In this document: positions 11,371 to 25,599 of the stretch, one piece after another | Layout of the letters: each line of letters begins with the position of its first letter | How positions within the stretch are numbered: the stretch's first letter is position 1 | Origin: Chiloscyllium plagiosum | Lineage: Eukaryota | DNA: 63,870 nucleotides | Assembly (NCBI RefSeq): GCF_004010195.1 | Contig: NC_057759.1 | Span: forward strand, 4,206,431-4,270,300 | Direction of reading: 5' to 3' | Notes under the pieces: model-generated | Seen by the model: the letters and a program-made list of their open reading frames with translations, nothing else | Databases searched by the model: none | Told to the model about the DNA's origin: nothing | Program-made: the position numbers and the translations under genes

Positions 11371-12809
11371 CCCTTTCTGTCAGATTGATTTATTTTCCTT
11401 TTAATGTGGAGAAAATACATTTCCTCTGTACAGGTCAGTTGACAATGTTTACAGATACTCTGGCCACTCCCCCATAATCACATGCCACTGAAGACAACCC
11501 CCAGCCTCACAGTCACATATTCTCCAGGTACTATGGTAGGATGAGATCATCCTTGGAGATAATGCAAATGCTAATGCCCTAATCCTGGGAATCATTACTC
11601 AGAAGATTTCCTGACTCAGTGATTCCCAAGGACAACATAGGTGTGATGTATCCGAGCTTCGGAGTGGCCCTGAAAATGAGTTCTGGTCCTGCTTCTGCCT
11701 CAGACAACGTAGGTGTGATGGGCCTCAGCATTGGGGATGATCAAGTAAGCGAACCCGATTGGCTGGGGATGGCTATAAAAGTATGATAGAGATTCAACAG
11801 TAATTTAAATTGATAATAGGGAGCTCAGTAGCAAATGATGGTATAATTGGCATTCGCAAACCTGCCTGACTGTCGTCCCCACCCACTTCCAGAACATTCA
11901 CTCAGTGTAGTTTAACATTTAATATTACATTAATGTCCAGAGAGATATTCCCATTTAATCTTTCCACATTACAGAATAGAAGGATCTGCTGATGGGGAAT
12001 TGAAGAGGGGAGGGTGAAAGTTGATGTGGAGCATATATACTGACTGAGACCAATTGAGTCAATTGGCCTGGCCCTGGGTATAGAGGTAATGGAACAAAGA
12101 CAAACATATTTACTTTTCATCTCATTAGAGTGGTAAGGAAAACATTATTTCCTATCCAGAATAAATTAAATGTCCTTCCTCAGGGGATCATTTCTGTGGG
12201 AATGTGCAGTTCCATGCTCAAAGTACATCAGACTTACTGGAAGCAAAGTGGCAAGAGTGGCCTGTCCAGGAGAAAGCAATCCTTTAGTCGTCCCCATTTC
12301 ACCTTCTGTCAGAATGAACATGGCTTAGTCTTGAGCGGGATTTTCCCTCATTTTGATACCAATTCATGGGGTATAGTATCGATGACTGGGCCAGCATTCA
12401 TTGCCCATCTGAGTTGTTTACTTTGAGAAAGTGACGGTGAGTTGCCTTCTGGGACTGCAGTCCTTGTGGTGTTGGCTCACCCACAATGCTGTTAGGGAGC
12501 AGTTCCAGGATTTTGACCCATTGATAGTGAAGGAACAGCCAATGGAGATTTATGATGTTCAAGTCCCAGTTATTTCAGTGACTCCATTAGATCTTCACGT
12601 ACTGGTTGTTTTGAGATTTCTGTCTGCAAATCCTCCCTTTCTAACAGCCTGTTAATGAGAATGGTGTGTGACATGGAGGGGAGCTTGCAGGTGGTAATGT
12701 TCCCGGGTAACGGCTGCACTTGTTCTTCTAGATGGTGAAGGTGTGGGTTTGTAATGTACTGTCAAGCAGATTTAATAATACAGATTAACAGCAGATCCAA
12801 CTCCTCTGA

Positions 12810-13860
<1,051 letters not shown>

Positions 13861-13899
13861 GTAAAGCTCCATCTTCATTCAGACAAAGACGAACAGCAC

Positions 13900-14200
13900 C
13901 ACCATCTTTTGCTGAGGACGGAGCAGCTTTCATGGTTGATCGTTCGCGCTCAGACAATAGGGCGCTCTGATTGGTTGGTGGTCCAGATTACTTCCGGTCC
14001 TCCAGTGCTTTCTATTGGTCACTTTGCCGCTTTGGGGGAGCTGAGATGGAAGACGGAAGCACGTGGGACCGCAGCGGACGTGATGAAATGACGTTTGAAT
14101 GTTTTTGCCAGTAGACAAAGAGGCTGCTATGATAACTGAGCAATGACATTGAAGGAGCTGTCCCCGCCCCAAAGCAGTTTTTGCACTTGCGCAGTAGGTT
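13900..14200 (-). promoter_or_regulatory. CpG-rich promoter of the ZNF pseudogene
   Basis: CCAAT boxes (ATTGG at 13970-13974 and 14014-14018), ETS site CCGGAAGT (13990-13997), TGCGCA near 14188, local CpG enrichment immediately upstream of the 5' exon. Confidence 0.6.
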
Positions 14201-16120
14201 CATGGTGGGAACAGTAGTCCTGAAACGTTAATTCTGCTTTCTGTTCACAGATGCTGCCAGACTTGCTGAGCTTTTCCAACAATTCCTGTTTTCGTTTCTC
14301 ATTTATACCAGCCGCATTTTTGGCTGCTTTTATAAGGACTTAGAGACCTGGGTGGCAGCTTTTGGGGGAGCAGCGAAATCGGTGATTGTGACAGTGAATA
14401 CCAGAAGCATCTTCAGGGAAGGAGATTTGGGCTAATAGCAAAGAGATCATCAGATGAATTAGCAGTCCAAAATTAGACAGTGAGGGAATATGCGGGATAT
14501 AGTGATTAATACTTATAATCTGGGAAGTATATTCAGATCATGGAGAATAATGTGTTTGGAATGTCTATCCTGTACTTGTAAAACCATATTATTCTTCTTG
14601 AGCAGTGACTGTGCATCAAGGATGATTCTTTTTCCATGCGTCCTGGGATTATTGAATTGTTTAATGCTGAATCCGCAAGTACTGCCCATGTGGGGCAGAT
14701 GACATTTGCAAGAGTGGGTGTGATGGGTACATTTTCAGTGATAACCTTTGTTTTCCATCTGGGGATATTTCAGATACTCAAAATTGCTGTCTTCTTCAAT
14801 GATACTTCTTTGCCAAATTGCATGGTATTATGACAAAGATTCCCCCAAGTGTTTGGGGGCATTACATTTTTGTTTTTAAGAGAAAATGTGGAGTCATTAT
14901 GAACACAGTTATCTGCCAACCTGGAAATCTTTTTCAGTGAGGATGCTTGCTCAAATTACTGAGCTGCTTTGGAAGTCCTGTGTCAGATGTGCAATTGATG
15001 CGATCTGCCTACTGTAGTCGATTGTGCACAAGCAATGCCTCAGTTCAAAGCTCTTCAGTCTGATCTGCATTTTAATAACCACTTTCCTGGAGGTCATTCA
15101 AGAGGCGAGAGTAAAAAGAGAAGTGGTAGTTGTAGGGGACTCTTGAACTGGGAGTATTGACAGCATCTTTTGTAAGCAGGATTGAGGCACAGTGTATTGT
15201 CTTCCCCATGCCAGGGTGAGGAAACTCTCTGGCCTCCACGAAAGGATATTTAAGTGGGAGGACAAGGATCCAATTAGTCTGGTCCACGTTGGTATAAACA
15301 TCATAGGCAAGATGAGGACGAATTACCTGTTTGGGGATTAGTAAGCACGGGTGACAAACTTAAGGAACTCCTCAAGGGTTACAATCTCCAGATTACTACT
15401 GAGCCATGTGCAGATTGGTCAGGTAAAAGAAAATTTGGGAATTAAACACATTCCTAAAAGAGTGGTTTGGGAACAAGGGGCACCGTCTCAAGGGGCATTC
15501 GTATCAGTTTTGGAACACGAAGGGTCTGTACTATTGGGAAGGTCTCCACCTGAACTGATCTGGAACCAGTGTTCTAGCGAAAGGGAGAAATGAGGTGATC
15601 ACTGGGGCTTTAGTGATGGAGGTGTTGGGGTGGGGGGGTGGGGGGAACGACAGGAAGTATCATGTTAAATAGAAAAGAAAGCATCAGATTAGCGTGTGTG
15701 CAGAAGGGTTTAATGACATCCAAGTTTATGAAAGACGTGAAAAGGAAGTACAAGTCAGGAGATATTAGGGGAAATGAGTAGAATTCAAAAAGAAGGTGTA
15801 ACTAATTCCGGTAAAAATGGTATGGTAATTATCATGGGGTCTTTAAACGACATGTCAATTGGTGAAACCAGGTTGGTGAATAGAGCCTTGAGGAGGAGTT
15901 CATTGAATTTATCCATAATAGCTTTCTTGTAATGGAACTGGCGAGGGACTAAATAACACAGATCTGGTCCTGTGCAATATGACGAGATTAATTAAAGATG
16001 TTATAGTTACAGATCCTCTTGGAAGGAGTGATCACAGTGTGGTTGAATTTAAAATACAAATGGAAAGAAAGATAAAAATCCAATACCACAGTCCTGTGCT
16101 CAAAGAAAGGAGACTACAAT

Positions 16121-16430
16121 AGATCAGATTACTTACAGTGTGGAAACAGGCCCTTCGGCCCAACAAGTCCACACCACCCCGCCGAAGCGCAAGCCACCTA
16201 TACCCCTACATTTACCCCTTACATAACACTACGGACAATTTAGCATGGCCAATTCACCTGACCTGCACATCTTTGGACTGTGGGAGGAAACCGGAGCACC
16301 CGGAGGAAACCCACGCAGACACAGGGAGAATGTGCAAACTCCACACAGTCAGTCGCCTGAGGCGGGAATTGAACGCGGATCTCTGGCGCTGTGAGGCAGC
16401 AGTGCTAACCACTGTGCCACCGTACCGCCC
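16121..16430 (-). mobile_element. HE1-type SINE
   Basis: Reverse complement of the HE1 head, V-domain and tail. Confidence 0.92.
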
Positions 16431-16900
16431 AATAGGATGATGGAGGAGTTAGCTAAAGCAGACTGGAAGCAGACTTTATGGTGGGACAATTGCTGAACAG
16501 TGGAGGACTTTCAAAGCAATTTTCCAAGGTGCTCCACAAAAGTATATAGCACTGAAAACGAGGTTAATCTGTCATGGGTGTCTCAAGTTACAAGAGAAGG
16601 CACACAAAGTGGTAAAGACCATTGGGAAGACAGAGGATTGGGAAAACTTTAAAGGTCATCAGAAAGGCGCAAAAAAGCTATAAAGAAAGTAAGATAGATT
16701 ATGAGATTAAAGTAGTTCAGAAAATAATAACAGACGGGCAAAGTTTCTTCAAATATATAAAGTGAAGAAGACTGGTCTTTTAGAGGGTAAGAAGGGGGAT
16801 TTCACATTGAGATAATGAGGAATTGGTCAAGGCATTTTGTGTTAATATTCACAGTGCAAGATACAAGTACCCAGTAATTGACAAGGAGACGAAGGGAGGT

Positions 16901-17825
16901 GTCATGGAGTCCTTCAGCACAGCGAAAGGCCTTTTAGCCCAAGTTCTTCAATGCCAACAAAAAGGTCCATCCAATCTCATTCCCTGTAATTGGCCCATAT
17001 CCTTCTAATCATTTCTTGTCCATGTATTTGTCTAAACGCCTTTTAAATGTTGCTAATGTATCTTCCTCAACCACTTCTGCTGTCAACTCATTCCATGTGC
17101 GTACCACCCTCTGTGTAAAAGCATTGCTCCTCCAGTTCCCTTTTATTCTTTCTCCTCTAACATTAAACTGATGCCCTCTGATCCTCCATTCTCCAACCTT
17201 GGGGAAAAAGACTGAGTGCATTCACCCAATCTGTTCCTCTCATGATCTTATACAGTTCTATTAAAAAAAAACCCTCAGTCTCCTATGCTCTAAAGAGTGA
17301 AGTCCTAGTTTGTCTACATATAACTCAGACCGCTGAGTCCTGGCAGCATCATTGTAAATTTCTTCTGCATGCTTTCCAGTTTAATAACATTCTTTCTATG
17401 ACGTGACCAAAACGGAACCAACTTCTCCAAGTGCAGCCTCACCAATGTCCTGTACAACTGCAACATAAATTCCCAACTTCGATACTCAATGCCCTGACTA
17501 ATGAAGGTCAGTATGCCTTCGTCACTGCTGTCTACCTATTACTCCACTTTGACAGACCTGTGAACTTGGACTCCAAGTTCCCTCTGTTCCACTACACTCC
17601 TTAATGCTTTATGATTCACCATGAACTCCTACCTTGATTTGTCTTTCCAAAATACAAGACCTCACACACACACGAAGGTATGCTGACTATTCCATATCAA
17701 ACCCTATCTTTCCAAATGCATGTAAATCATATCTCTCAGAATCTTCAAGTAGTTTACCGACCATAGATTAAGGCTTACTGATCTGTACTTCCCAGTTTTT
17801 CATTGCAGCCATCCTTGAATAATAA
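16901..17825 (-). mobile_element. CR1 3' fragment inserted antisense
   Basis: RIRGHQF..FTQRVVRTWNEL..TFKRRLD on the minus strand. Confidence 0.8.
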
Positions 17826-18697
17826 CGGGCCAATTACAGGGAAATGGGATTGGATGGATATTTTTATTGGCATGGAACAGTTTGGGCTAAAGGGCCTGTC
17901 CCTGTGCTGTAGGACTCTATGACACCTCCCTTTGTCTCCTTGTCAATTACTAGCATGGTACTTGTATCTTGTACTGTGAATACTAACACAATAACATTTG
18001 TTACCCTCCACTCTTCTGTGACCTCACCCGTGGCTAACAATGATGCAAAAATATCAGCCACCCCCCCCCCCCCCCCCGCAATTTCTTCTCCAACCTGTTG
18101 CAGTGAGGACCTAGAAATAATTATCACAAAAAGGTCAATGTTGGACAAACTAACGGATATAAGACCAGTCTCCTGGCTCTGAAGGATTGCATCCGAGAGG
18201 ACTAAAAGAAATGGCGTTCTTGGTAATTTTATAAACTTAGCTGGACTCTGGGGCAGTTCCAGCAGATTGGAAAACAGCAAATGTGATGCCACTGTTTAAG
18301 AAGGGAGGTAGATAAAAAATGAGGAATTATAGGACAGTTAGCTTAACATATGTAGTGGGCAAGATGCTCGAGTCTACTATCAAGAAGAAATACCAAGGCA
18401 TCTCAACAGAAATTGTCCCATTCGGCAGGCACAACAGGTCATGCTTAATTAATCTTTTGGACTTCCATGAAGCTATTATAATTATGCTGAATAATATGGA
18501 CCCAGTAGATGTGATATATCTAGATTTCCAAAAGGCATTCGACAAGATGTCAAGCAAAAGGCTGCTGCATGAGATAAAGGTGTTACAGGCAATCCACTGG
18601 CATGGATAGAGGATTGCTTAACTAACAGAAAGCAAAGAATGGGGATAACTGAATGCTTGTATGTTTGGCAATAGATGACTAGCGGTGTGCCTTAGGG

Positions 18698-19515
18698 ATC
18701 ATGGAGTATAGAGATGTACAGCAAGGAAACAGATCCTTTGGTCCATCTCATCCATGTTGACCAGATATCCCAACCCAAACTGGTCCGACCTTCCAGCACC
18801 TAGCCCATTTCCCTCCAAACCCTTCCTATTCATGCACCCATCCAGATGCCTTTTAAATGTTGCAATTATACTAGCCTCCACCATTTCCTCTGGCAGCCCA
18901 TTCGACACATGCACCACCCTCTGCATGAAAAGGTTGCCCCTTAGGTCTCTTTCATATCTTTCCACTTTCACCCTAAACCTATGCCCTCTCGTTCTGAACT
19001 CCGCCACCTCAGGGAAAAGACCTTATCTATTTACCCTATCCATGCCCCTCATGATTTTATAGACCTCTACAAGGCCACCCCTCAGCCTGCGACGCTCCAG
19101 GGAAAATAGCCCTAGCCTACTCTTCTTCTCCCTATAGCTTAAATCCTCCAGCCCTGGCAACATCCTTGTAAATCTTTCCTGAACCCTTTCAGGTTTCAGA
19201 ACATCTTTCCAATAGGAAAGAGACCAGAATTGCATGCCATATTCCAAAAGTGACCTCACCAATGTCCTGTACAGCCACAATTTGACCTCCCAACTCCTGT
19301 ACTCAATACTCTGACCAAAAAAGGAAAGCATATCAAATGCCTTCTTCACTATTCTGTCTACCTGGGACTCTGCTTTCAAGGAGCTATGAACCTGCACTCC
19401 AAGGTCTCTTTGGATCTGAACATTAAGTGTATAAGTCCTGCTATGATTTGCTTTCCCAAAATGCAGCATTTATCTAAATTAAACCCCATCTGCCACTCCT
19501 CAACCTATTGGACCA
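18698..19515 (-). mobile_element. CR1 3' fragment inserted antisense
   Basis: LYRTLVRSLLEYGMQFW, LGLFSLERRRLRG, TRGHRFRV. Confidence 0.88.
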
Positions 19516-21084
19516 GTGTTGGGACCACAATTGTTTACAATTTGCACAGATGGTGTGGAATTGAGGACCACATGTAGTGTGTTAAAGTTTGCAGATAAAT
19601 GTTTAGAGGCATATAGATCGTTCAAGTGAGTGGGTGAAGTTTAGAAAGATGGAGTAAAATGTTGATAAATGTGAAGTCATCCATTTTAGTAGCAATAATA
19701 GTAAAAAGGACTATTTGAATGGTAAAAATTTGCAGTGAGCTGCTAAGCAGAGGGACTTGGATGTCCTTGTGCATAAATTGCAGAAGGCTGGTCTGCGGGT
19801 GCAACAGCTAAATACTAAGGCAAATGGTATATTGTCCTTTATTGGTAGAGTTTAACAGTGGAGAGGATATGTTGCGGCTATGTCGAGTGCTGGTGAGGTC
19901 ACATCTCGAGTACTGCAGGCAGTTTTGGTCTCCCTACTTGAGAAAGGAGGTACTGACACTAGTGCAGAGGAGGCTCACTAGGTTCCTGAGTTGATGAGTT
20001 GAGGGGATTGCTTTCTGAGGAGAGACTGAGTAGACTGGGATTATATTTGTTGGAATTTAGAAGAATTGTTGGGGGGGAGGGGAGAAACTTTACAGTAACA
20101 TCTAAAATTATGAAGGGAAGAGATGAGATTGAAGCAGGGAGAATGTTTTCACTGGCAAGTGGAACTAGAACAAGAGGGTATTGCCTCAAAATTAGGGGGA
20201 GCAGATTTAGGACTGAATTGAGAAGGAAATTCTTCACGCAGAGGGTGGTGAATTTGTCGAATTCCCTGCCCAGTGAAGTAGTTGAGGTTTCCTCATTGAA
20301 TGTTTTTAAAGCTAAGATAATGTTTTGAAGAGTAAAGGAATTCAGGGTTATGGTGAGAGGCTGGGTAAGTAGAGCTGAGGCTGGGAAAAGATCAGCCATG
20401 ACCTTATTGAATGATGCAGCGGGCTGAAAGGGCCAGATGGCCGACTCTTACTCCGGGTTCTTATGTTTGTAATTCTTAGTGGTCAATCACCCCAAACCTA
20501 GAACATCACTGCAGGAGTTCTCAGGTTAGTATACTTGGCCCAATCGCTCTGAGCTACCTCGATGACTTTACGTTTGAATGAAAGTCCAAGTTGGTACTCT
20601 GATTACACAATGTGTCGCACTTTTTGAGACTCCTCAGGCACACAAGCAATCTCTGGCCTAACACTGTAAAAGATCAGTCACATGGAACACGTTTTATGTA
20701 ACAGAACATCTCAACATCCTTCAGGAGAGTTTGCAAAATAAACATTGGGCACCGACACATTGAATGGTATTCTCTTGAATGATGAAAATTTTGATTGCAG
20801 GGCAACTTTTGAACAAATATTCACAAGGAGAGAGGCAGGCTGGTTGAGGGATGGAATATCAGAACGCCCTGCTCAGGCAAGGCTATAATGGAGTATTGAC
20901 AATCAGAGATGCTAAAGAGGGCAGAATGAGTGGAATGCAGGTATCTCAGAGTGAGGAAGTGTAGGTAACAGAGGCAGGGAGCAACACAGCCCAATATGCA
21001 GATATCACAGAGTTACAGACTGGATATTACAGTGATCAAAAGGGATGTTTGCATTTTTTTAACTGGAGCAAATTTCTGCTCATG

Positions 21085-21385
21085 GAAGCAGTAGTTTAGT
21101 GGATTATCAGCAGACTATTAACTGGGGATCCAGGTAATGTTTGGGGGGATCTGTTTTTGATATCCACTATGACAGATGATGGAATTTGAATTAAATGAAA
21201 ATCTGGAATTAAAAGACTAACGATGACCTGGTTGATTGTTGGAAAATCCCACCTGGTACACTGAAGTCCTTTAAAGGAAGGAAACCCTGTCCATACCCAG
21301 TCTGCTGTATGTGATTCTAGATCCACAGCATTGTGGTTGGCTCTGAACTGCCCTGTGTGAGCGAGTGATGCCCACATCCTGTGGC
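21085..21385 (+). mobile_element. SacSINE/Deu-domain SINE-like element
   Basis: GGAATTTGAATT..AAATCTGGAATT..GTCCTTTAAAGGAAGGAAA core and GATGCCCACATCC tail. Confidence 0.6.
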
Positions 21386-22061
21386 TTAATAAGTCACTAA
21401 AACAGTGCTGTAGAATACACTGTCTGATAATTTAGCAACAGTGGAATAATGGAGACATTGGGTAATGTCAGCAGAGGTGTGAAAACGAATGCCGTGCCTT
21501 TGGATAGCTCACCTCATGGTGTCGTGTGGTTGAGAACAGCAGGAGCCAGGGATAGGCTCCTCCCTTGGGGGTTACCGACATCTAGGTTTTTGGAAAGGAA
21601 AGGGAGTTTGGAAACGAGGCCACGTTGGTTTTCACTGGATGGATGATGATGGTGGAATTAAAGTGACAGGGACCTTACCAGACAAGAGCAAGAACTGTTA
21701 CCAATATCAGTGAATGGGAGGAGGTTCGATGCTTGGCCATTAAGTGGGAAAATGGTCAAGAGACGAGAAGTTGGTTCTCATGGACACGAGGAGCTCCCAA
21801 GGTAGGAGGGGAGCTGGAGGAAGTTGAATATTCTGGACTCAGACAAGGTGGAACTTCAGAGACAGTTTCAGGAAAAGGAGGGACATGGAAGAGACAGTTG
21901 CTCAGATTATATCAATCTGAACGACAAAGCAGTTGCATGAGCTCGTTACAAGATGGAGGAGAGAGAAAGGGAAACTTTTCAAAAGTGCGAAGGACATTAG
22001 AAAGTGTTAGCAAGCTGGGTATTCACCACAAATTTGATATAATTGACTATTAATAAACACC

Positions 22062-22815
22062 TGTAACCAAGCTAGAATTTTCACAAGGTCAATTGACAAA
22101 GACTGCAATGAATCAAATTGGATGCTGGATGTGATCAACAGCAAATTCCAACTCCTTCATTTATGGAAAGTTACTCTGGCAGTTATGTAGTTAACTTATG
22201 CATGTCAGGGATCATATTACAGGGATGGAAATGTGTTGCTGGAAAAGCGCAACAGGTCAGGCAGCATCTAGGGAACAGGAGAATCGACGTTTCGGGCATT
22301 AGCCCTTCTTCAGGAATGAGGAAAGTTGGTCCAGCAGGCTAAGATAAAAGATAGGGAGGAGGGACTTGGCGGAGGGGCGTCGGAAATGTGATAGGTGGAA
22401 AGAGGTCAAGGTGAGGGTGATAGGTCAGACTGGGGTGGGGGCATATTACAGGGCTCCAGTAACAGATAATGATCATGCATTGTGATAGGTTAGCCGAATC
22501 CCTGGTAAATGAGCTAATGCTGAAGATGATGATTTTATAATGTGATAGGTTAAGAATGATGGAGGGAACCAGTGTGGCAGACGGTGATTAGTTTAGAAAG
22601 ATAAAGCAAACCAGCATGATTGATTATGCTAATATTATTCGATAAGCACGGGAATAACAACTGTATAAGTTGCAGGAGAACAAAGAGCCTGTGGGGAGCC
22701 AGGGAAGACTGGTTCCCACAGCTTTAATTTTGCAAGATTAACGTTTAATTTTATGAAGGATTTTCTGCATCTCCTGATAATTTTTTATAAAACATTGAGT
22801 GATTCTTCCACAACA
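22062..22815 (+). mobile_element. Possible solo LTR (interrupted by a Penelope fragment)
   Basis: TGTAAC start, TATAAG near 22665, ends CAACA; no clear TSD. Confidence 0.3.
22225..22441 (-). mobile_element. Penelope pLTR fragment with hammerhead motif
   Basis: Minus strand CTGAAGA-agggctaatgccc-GAAACGTC; TSD CATATTACAGGG at 22213-22224 and 22442-22453. Confidence 0.85.
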
Positions 22816-23089
22816 CAGTCAGAGGGAGATCACTTCAATGAGCACTTAGAAATTAGAAATAGATTTGTAACAGTGTGTTTAACACAAAGTGCACTTACTT
22901 CGCTGTCATCCCGAACAGTCATCCCTTTAACTGAGCTGGAGTTCATTAACTTCAGCGCAAACTTGCCCCAGTGGATATCATTCAGTTATCAATTACAAAA
23001 TAATTAAGTTCTTTGACATAGCAAGTGGGACTTGAAACAAAATCTTCTGGCCGAGACTATGAAGCAGTCATATGAACCAGGCACTGTCA

Positions 23090-23720
23090 ATTCTCATGAA
23101 TACGCTGGTGTTTCAGCAGCTTGAATTTCACAATGAATTTCTTCCCACAGTCAGTGCAGCAGAACAGCCTCTACCTTCTGAGAGATCGCTGGTGTTTTAA
23201 CAGGTTGGATTTATGAGAAAATTCTTTCCCACCATGTGAATAGGTGAATGGTCTCTCCTCAGTGTGGATCCGTTGGTGTTTAATGAGGTTGAATGATGGC
23301 TTGAACCCACACCCACAGTGAGAGCATATGAAGGGTCTTTCGTCACAGTGAGGATGTTGTTGGGATATCAGTGCCCCAGAGTTTTTAAAGCACCTCCCAC
23401 ATTCTGAGCATTTCAAAGATCTGTTCTCTGTGTGAACTTGCTGGGGTTTCAGCAGGGTGGATGATTAAGTGAATCCTTTCCCACCCTTGGAACAGGTGAA
23501 TGGCCTTTCCCCATTGTGGCTGTATTTATACTATGACAGGGCGGATGATCTGCTGAAGATTTGTCCACATGTACAACACATATACGGTTTCTCCTCCACC
23601 GGGAACGGTGCTTTTTTTTCCTGCAAAACCCAATGATATTCAGATGACAATAAACTCGGCAGCTTGGCCAGATTGGGAATGATGTCTGGTTTTAAGTCTC
23701 CTCATCTTCTTCCAATACCC
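23090..23720 (-). pseudogene. Kruppel-type C2H2 zinc-finger pseudogene
   Basis: EEKPYMCCTCGQ, KCSECGRCF, ERPFICSHCGCGF, HQRIHTEERPFT; lost Cys/His ligands and stops; acceptor TTTTGTTTCACAG near 23720. Confidence 0.88.
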
Positions 23721-25599
23721 TGTGAAACAAAAGACAAATCAAATGAGAACCCAGAAAAAGAAGATGTTTAAAACCATCAGATGCAACACAACCCAACAAG
23801 TCTGCTGTCACCATTCAGTGAGATCAAAGCTGATCCAATAATCTTCAGCTCGATTTTCCTGCCTTATGACCCCCACCCTTGAATCCCTTACTAATTGAAA
23901 ATATATTTATCTCAGCCTCGGACACACTGAGCAGCACAGCCTCCACAGGCCACTGCAGTATTCAGTACCCAAACAGAAGGAATTCCTCCACATCTGTTTT
24001 TAGTAGGTGATTTCTTACTCTGAGATTATGTCCTCAAGTCCTCAACTCTCAAACAAGTAATAACAATCTCCCTGAATCTACAATGTCAAGCTCCTCAGAA
24101 TCTTTTCAGAAGGTTTTGTTTCATTCTCCTGCTCAATCTCACGTCCTGAGAAATTCCTCCCATATCTGGAATTAATCTCCTGAAAACTCTATGGACTGCC
24201 TTTCCCAAAACAAAGGAGAAAAGCTATTTGCAGGATTCCAAATGTGATCGGACTCGTGTCTTGTACAGCATTAGCAAAACTTCCATTTTTCTCCCCATTC
24301 CCTTTAAATAAAAGCCAACTGACTATTTCCCTTCCAGAATACCCACTGAACCTGGATGCTAGTTTTTCATCTTTCAAGCAGAAGGACCCACAATTCTGTG
24401 CTGCAGATTTCTGCAGAAGTTTTCCCTCATTAAATAATATTCACCTCTCCTCGTCTTCCTTCCAAAATGCACATATTTCCCCACATTATATACCGCAGTG
24501 CTGGAAGGAGGATGACGAGAATGAGAGGGGTTTTATCAACCATACCATGAGCATAACCTCCCAAACCAGCCACTTCCACCACCATAAAGGACCGGGGAGC
24601 ATGTGTATGTGACCAGCACTCTCTTGGAGATCCCTCCAACTCACACAACATCCCAACATCCAGTGCTGTATGAATAGAAATTGCCTCCAATTTAATCAAG
24701 AACTTGGGAGCAGAGACTGTTCGAGAGAGATGCGAGGAATGACTTCGATATTAAAGGGTGGAAAAGGTTGTTAGTTTTCAGTCTGAGACAGATAAACTTT
24801 TGTTCAACAAAGATATTCAGGGATATGGGCAAAAGGCTGAACTCCACACAGCAGCCATGAGTTCATTCAATGGGGGAACAGCTGAAAGGCCTACTCCTGA
24901 TCCTTTGTTCACTGAAAGATGCTGGCTTCAGTCCCTGTTACAGACTTCCTAACTCTAACTGTATCACTCCCTCTGGTAACTATCTGAACCAGGCTCTTCC
25001 CAACATTAAGGGAACATCACACTTGGAGATCAGCTTTCAACCACAGAGCCGCACCCTCACCAATTGTGCTATTTCCGTTTTAGTAACGTGGCCTGACTCC
25101 AACAGTCTCAGCTCCCGGTGCTGAAAATCTCATCCAGTCCTTTGCAACCTCGAGACTGAATGACCCTAACACACTCCTGATCCACCTCACACTTTCAACC
25201 TCCCTGTAATGTTCAGCTCATCCAATACCCCGCTGCCCGTGTGCTCACTCACACTGAGTTTTGTTCTCCCCACCCTGAGCTCACTTACCTGAACAGGTCA
25301 CAAATTGAGGAAAAGCAACATTTTAACAAATTTATTGTCCTTCTTTTCAAAACCTTCTATGATAGTAATCATTCCCATCTGTAATCTCTACCAGCCACAC
25401 AATCTTTCAAGATATCTGCACTTACTTAATTTTGGCTTCTTGAGCGTGGTCAATTAAGCTCCCCAACAACAGTTGATGTTCTTTCAGTATGAAATGTTTA
25501 AAAATCAAATTAAGCACCAAGTCATTGAAATGGAGGGGCCAGACCAGGCGAGGTGTCATAATTGCATGATATCAGAGCAGGTGGACCCCATTGTGGTCC

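Larger units (their letters stand above)
14320..20470 (+). mobile_element. Heavily decayed long CR1 LINE with nested insertions
   Basis: ORF1-like VVVVGDS near 15125; endonuclease remnants 15760-16110; RT NYRTVSLTYVVGKMLE and VIYLDFQKAFDK (18319-18609); RT C-terminus and tail to ~20470. Confidence 0.75.
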
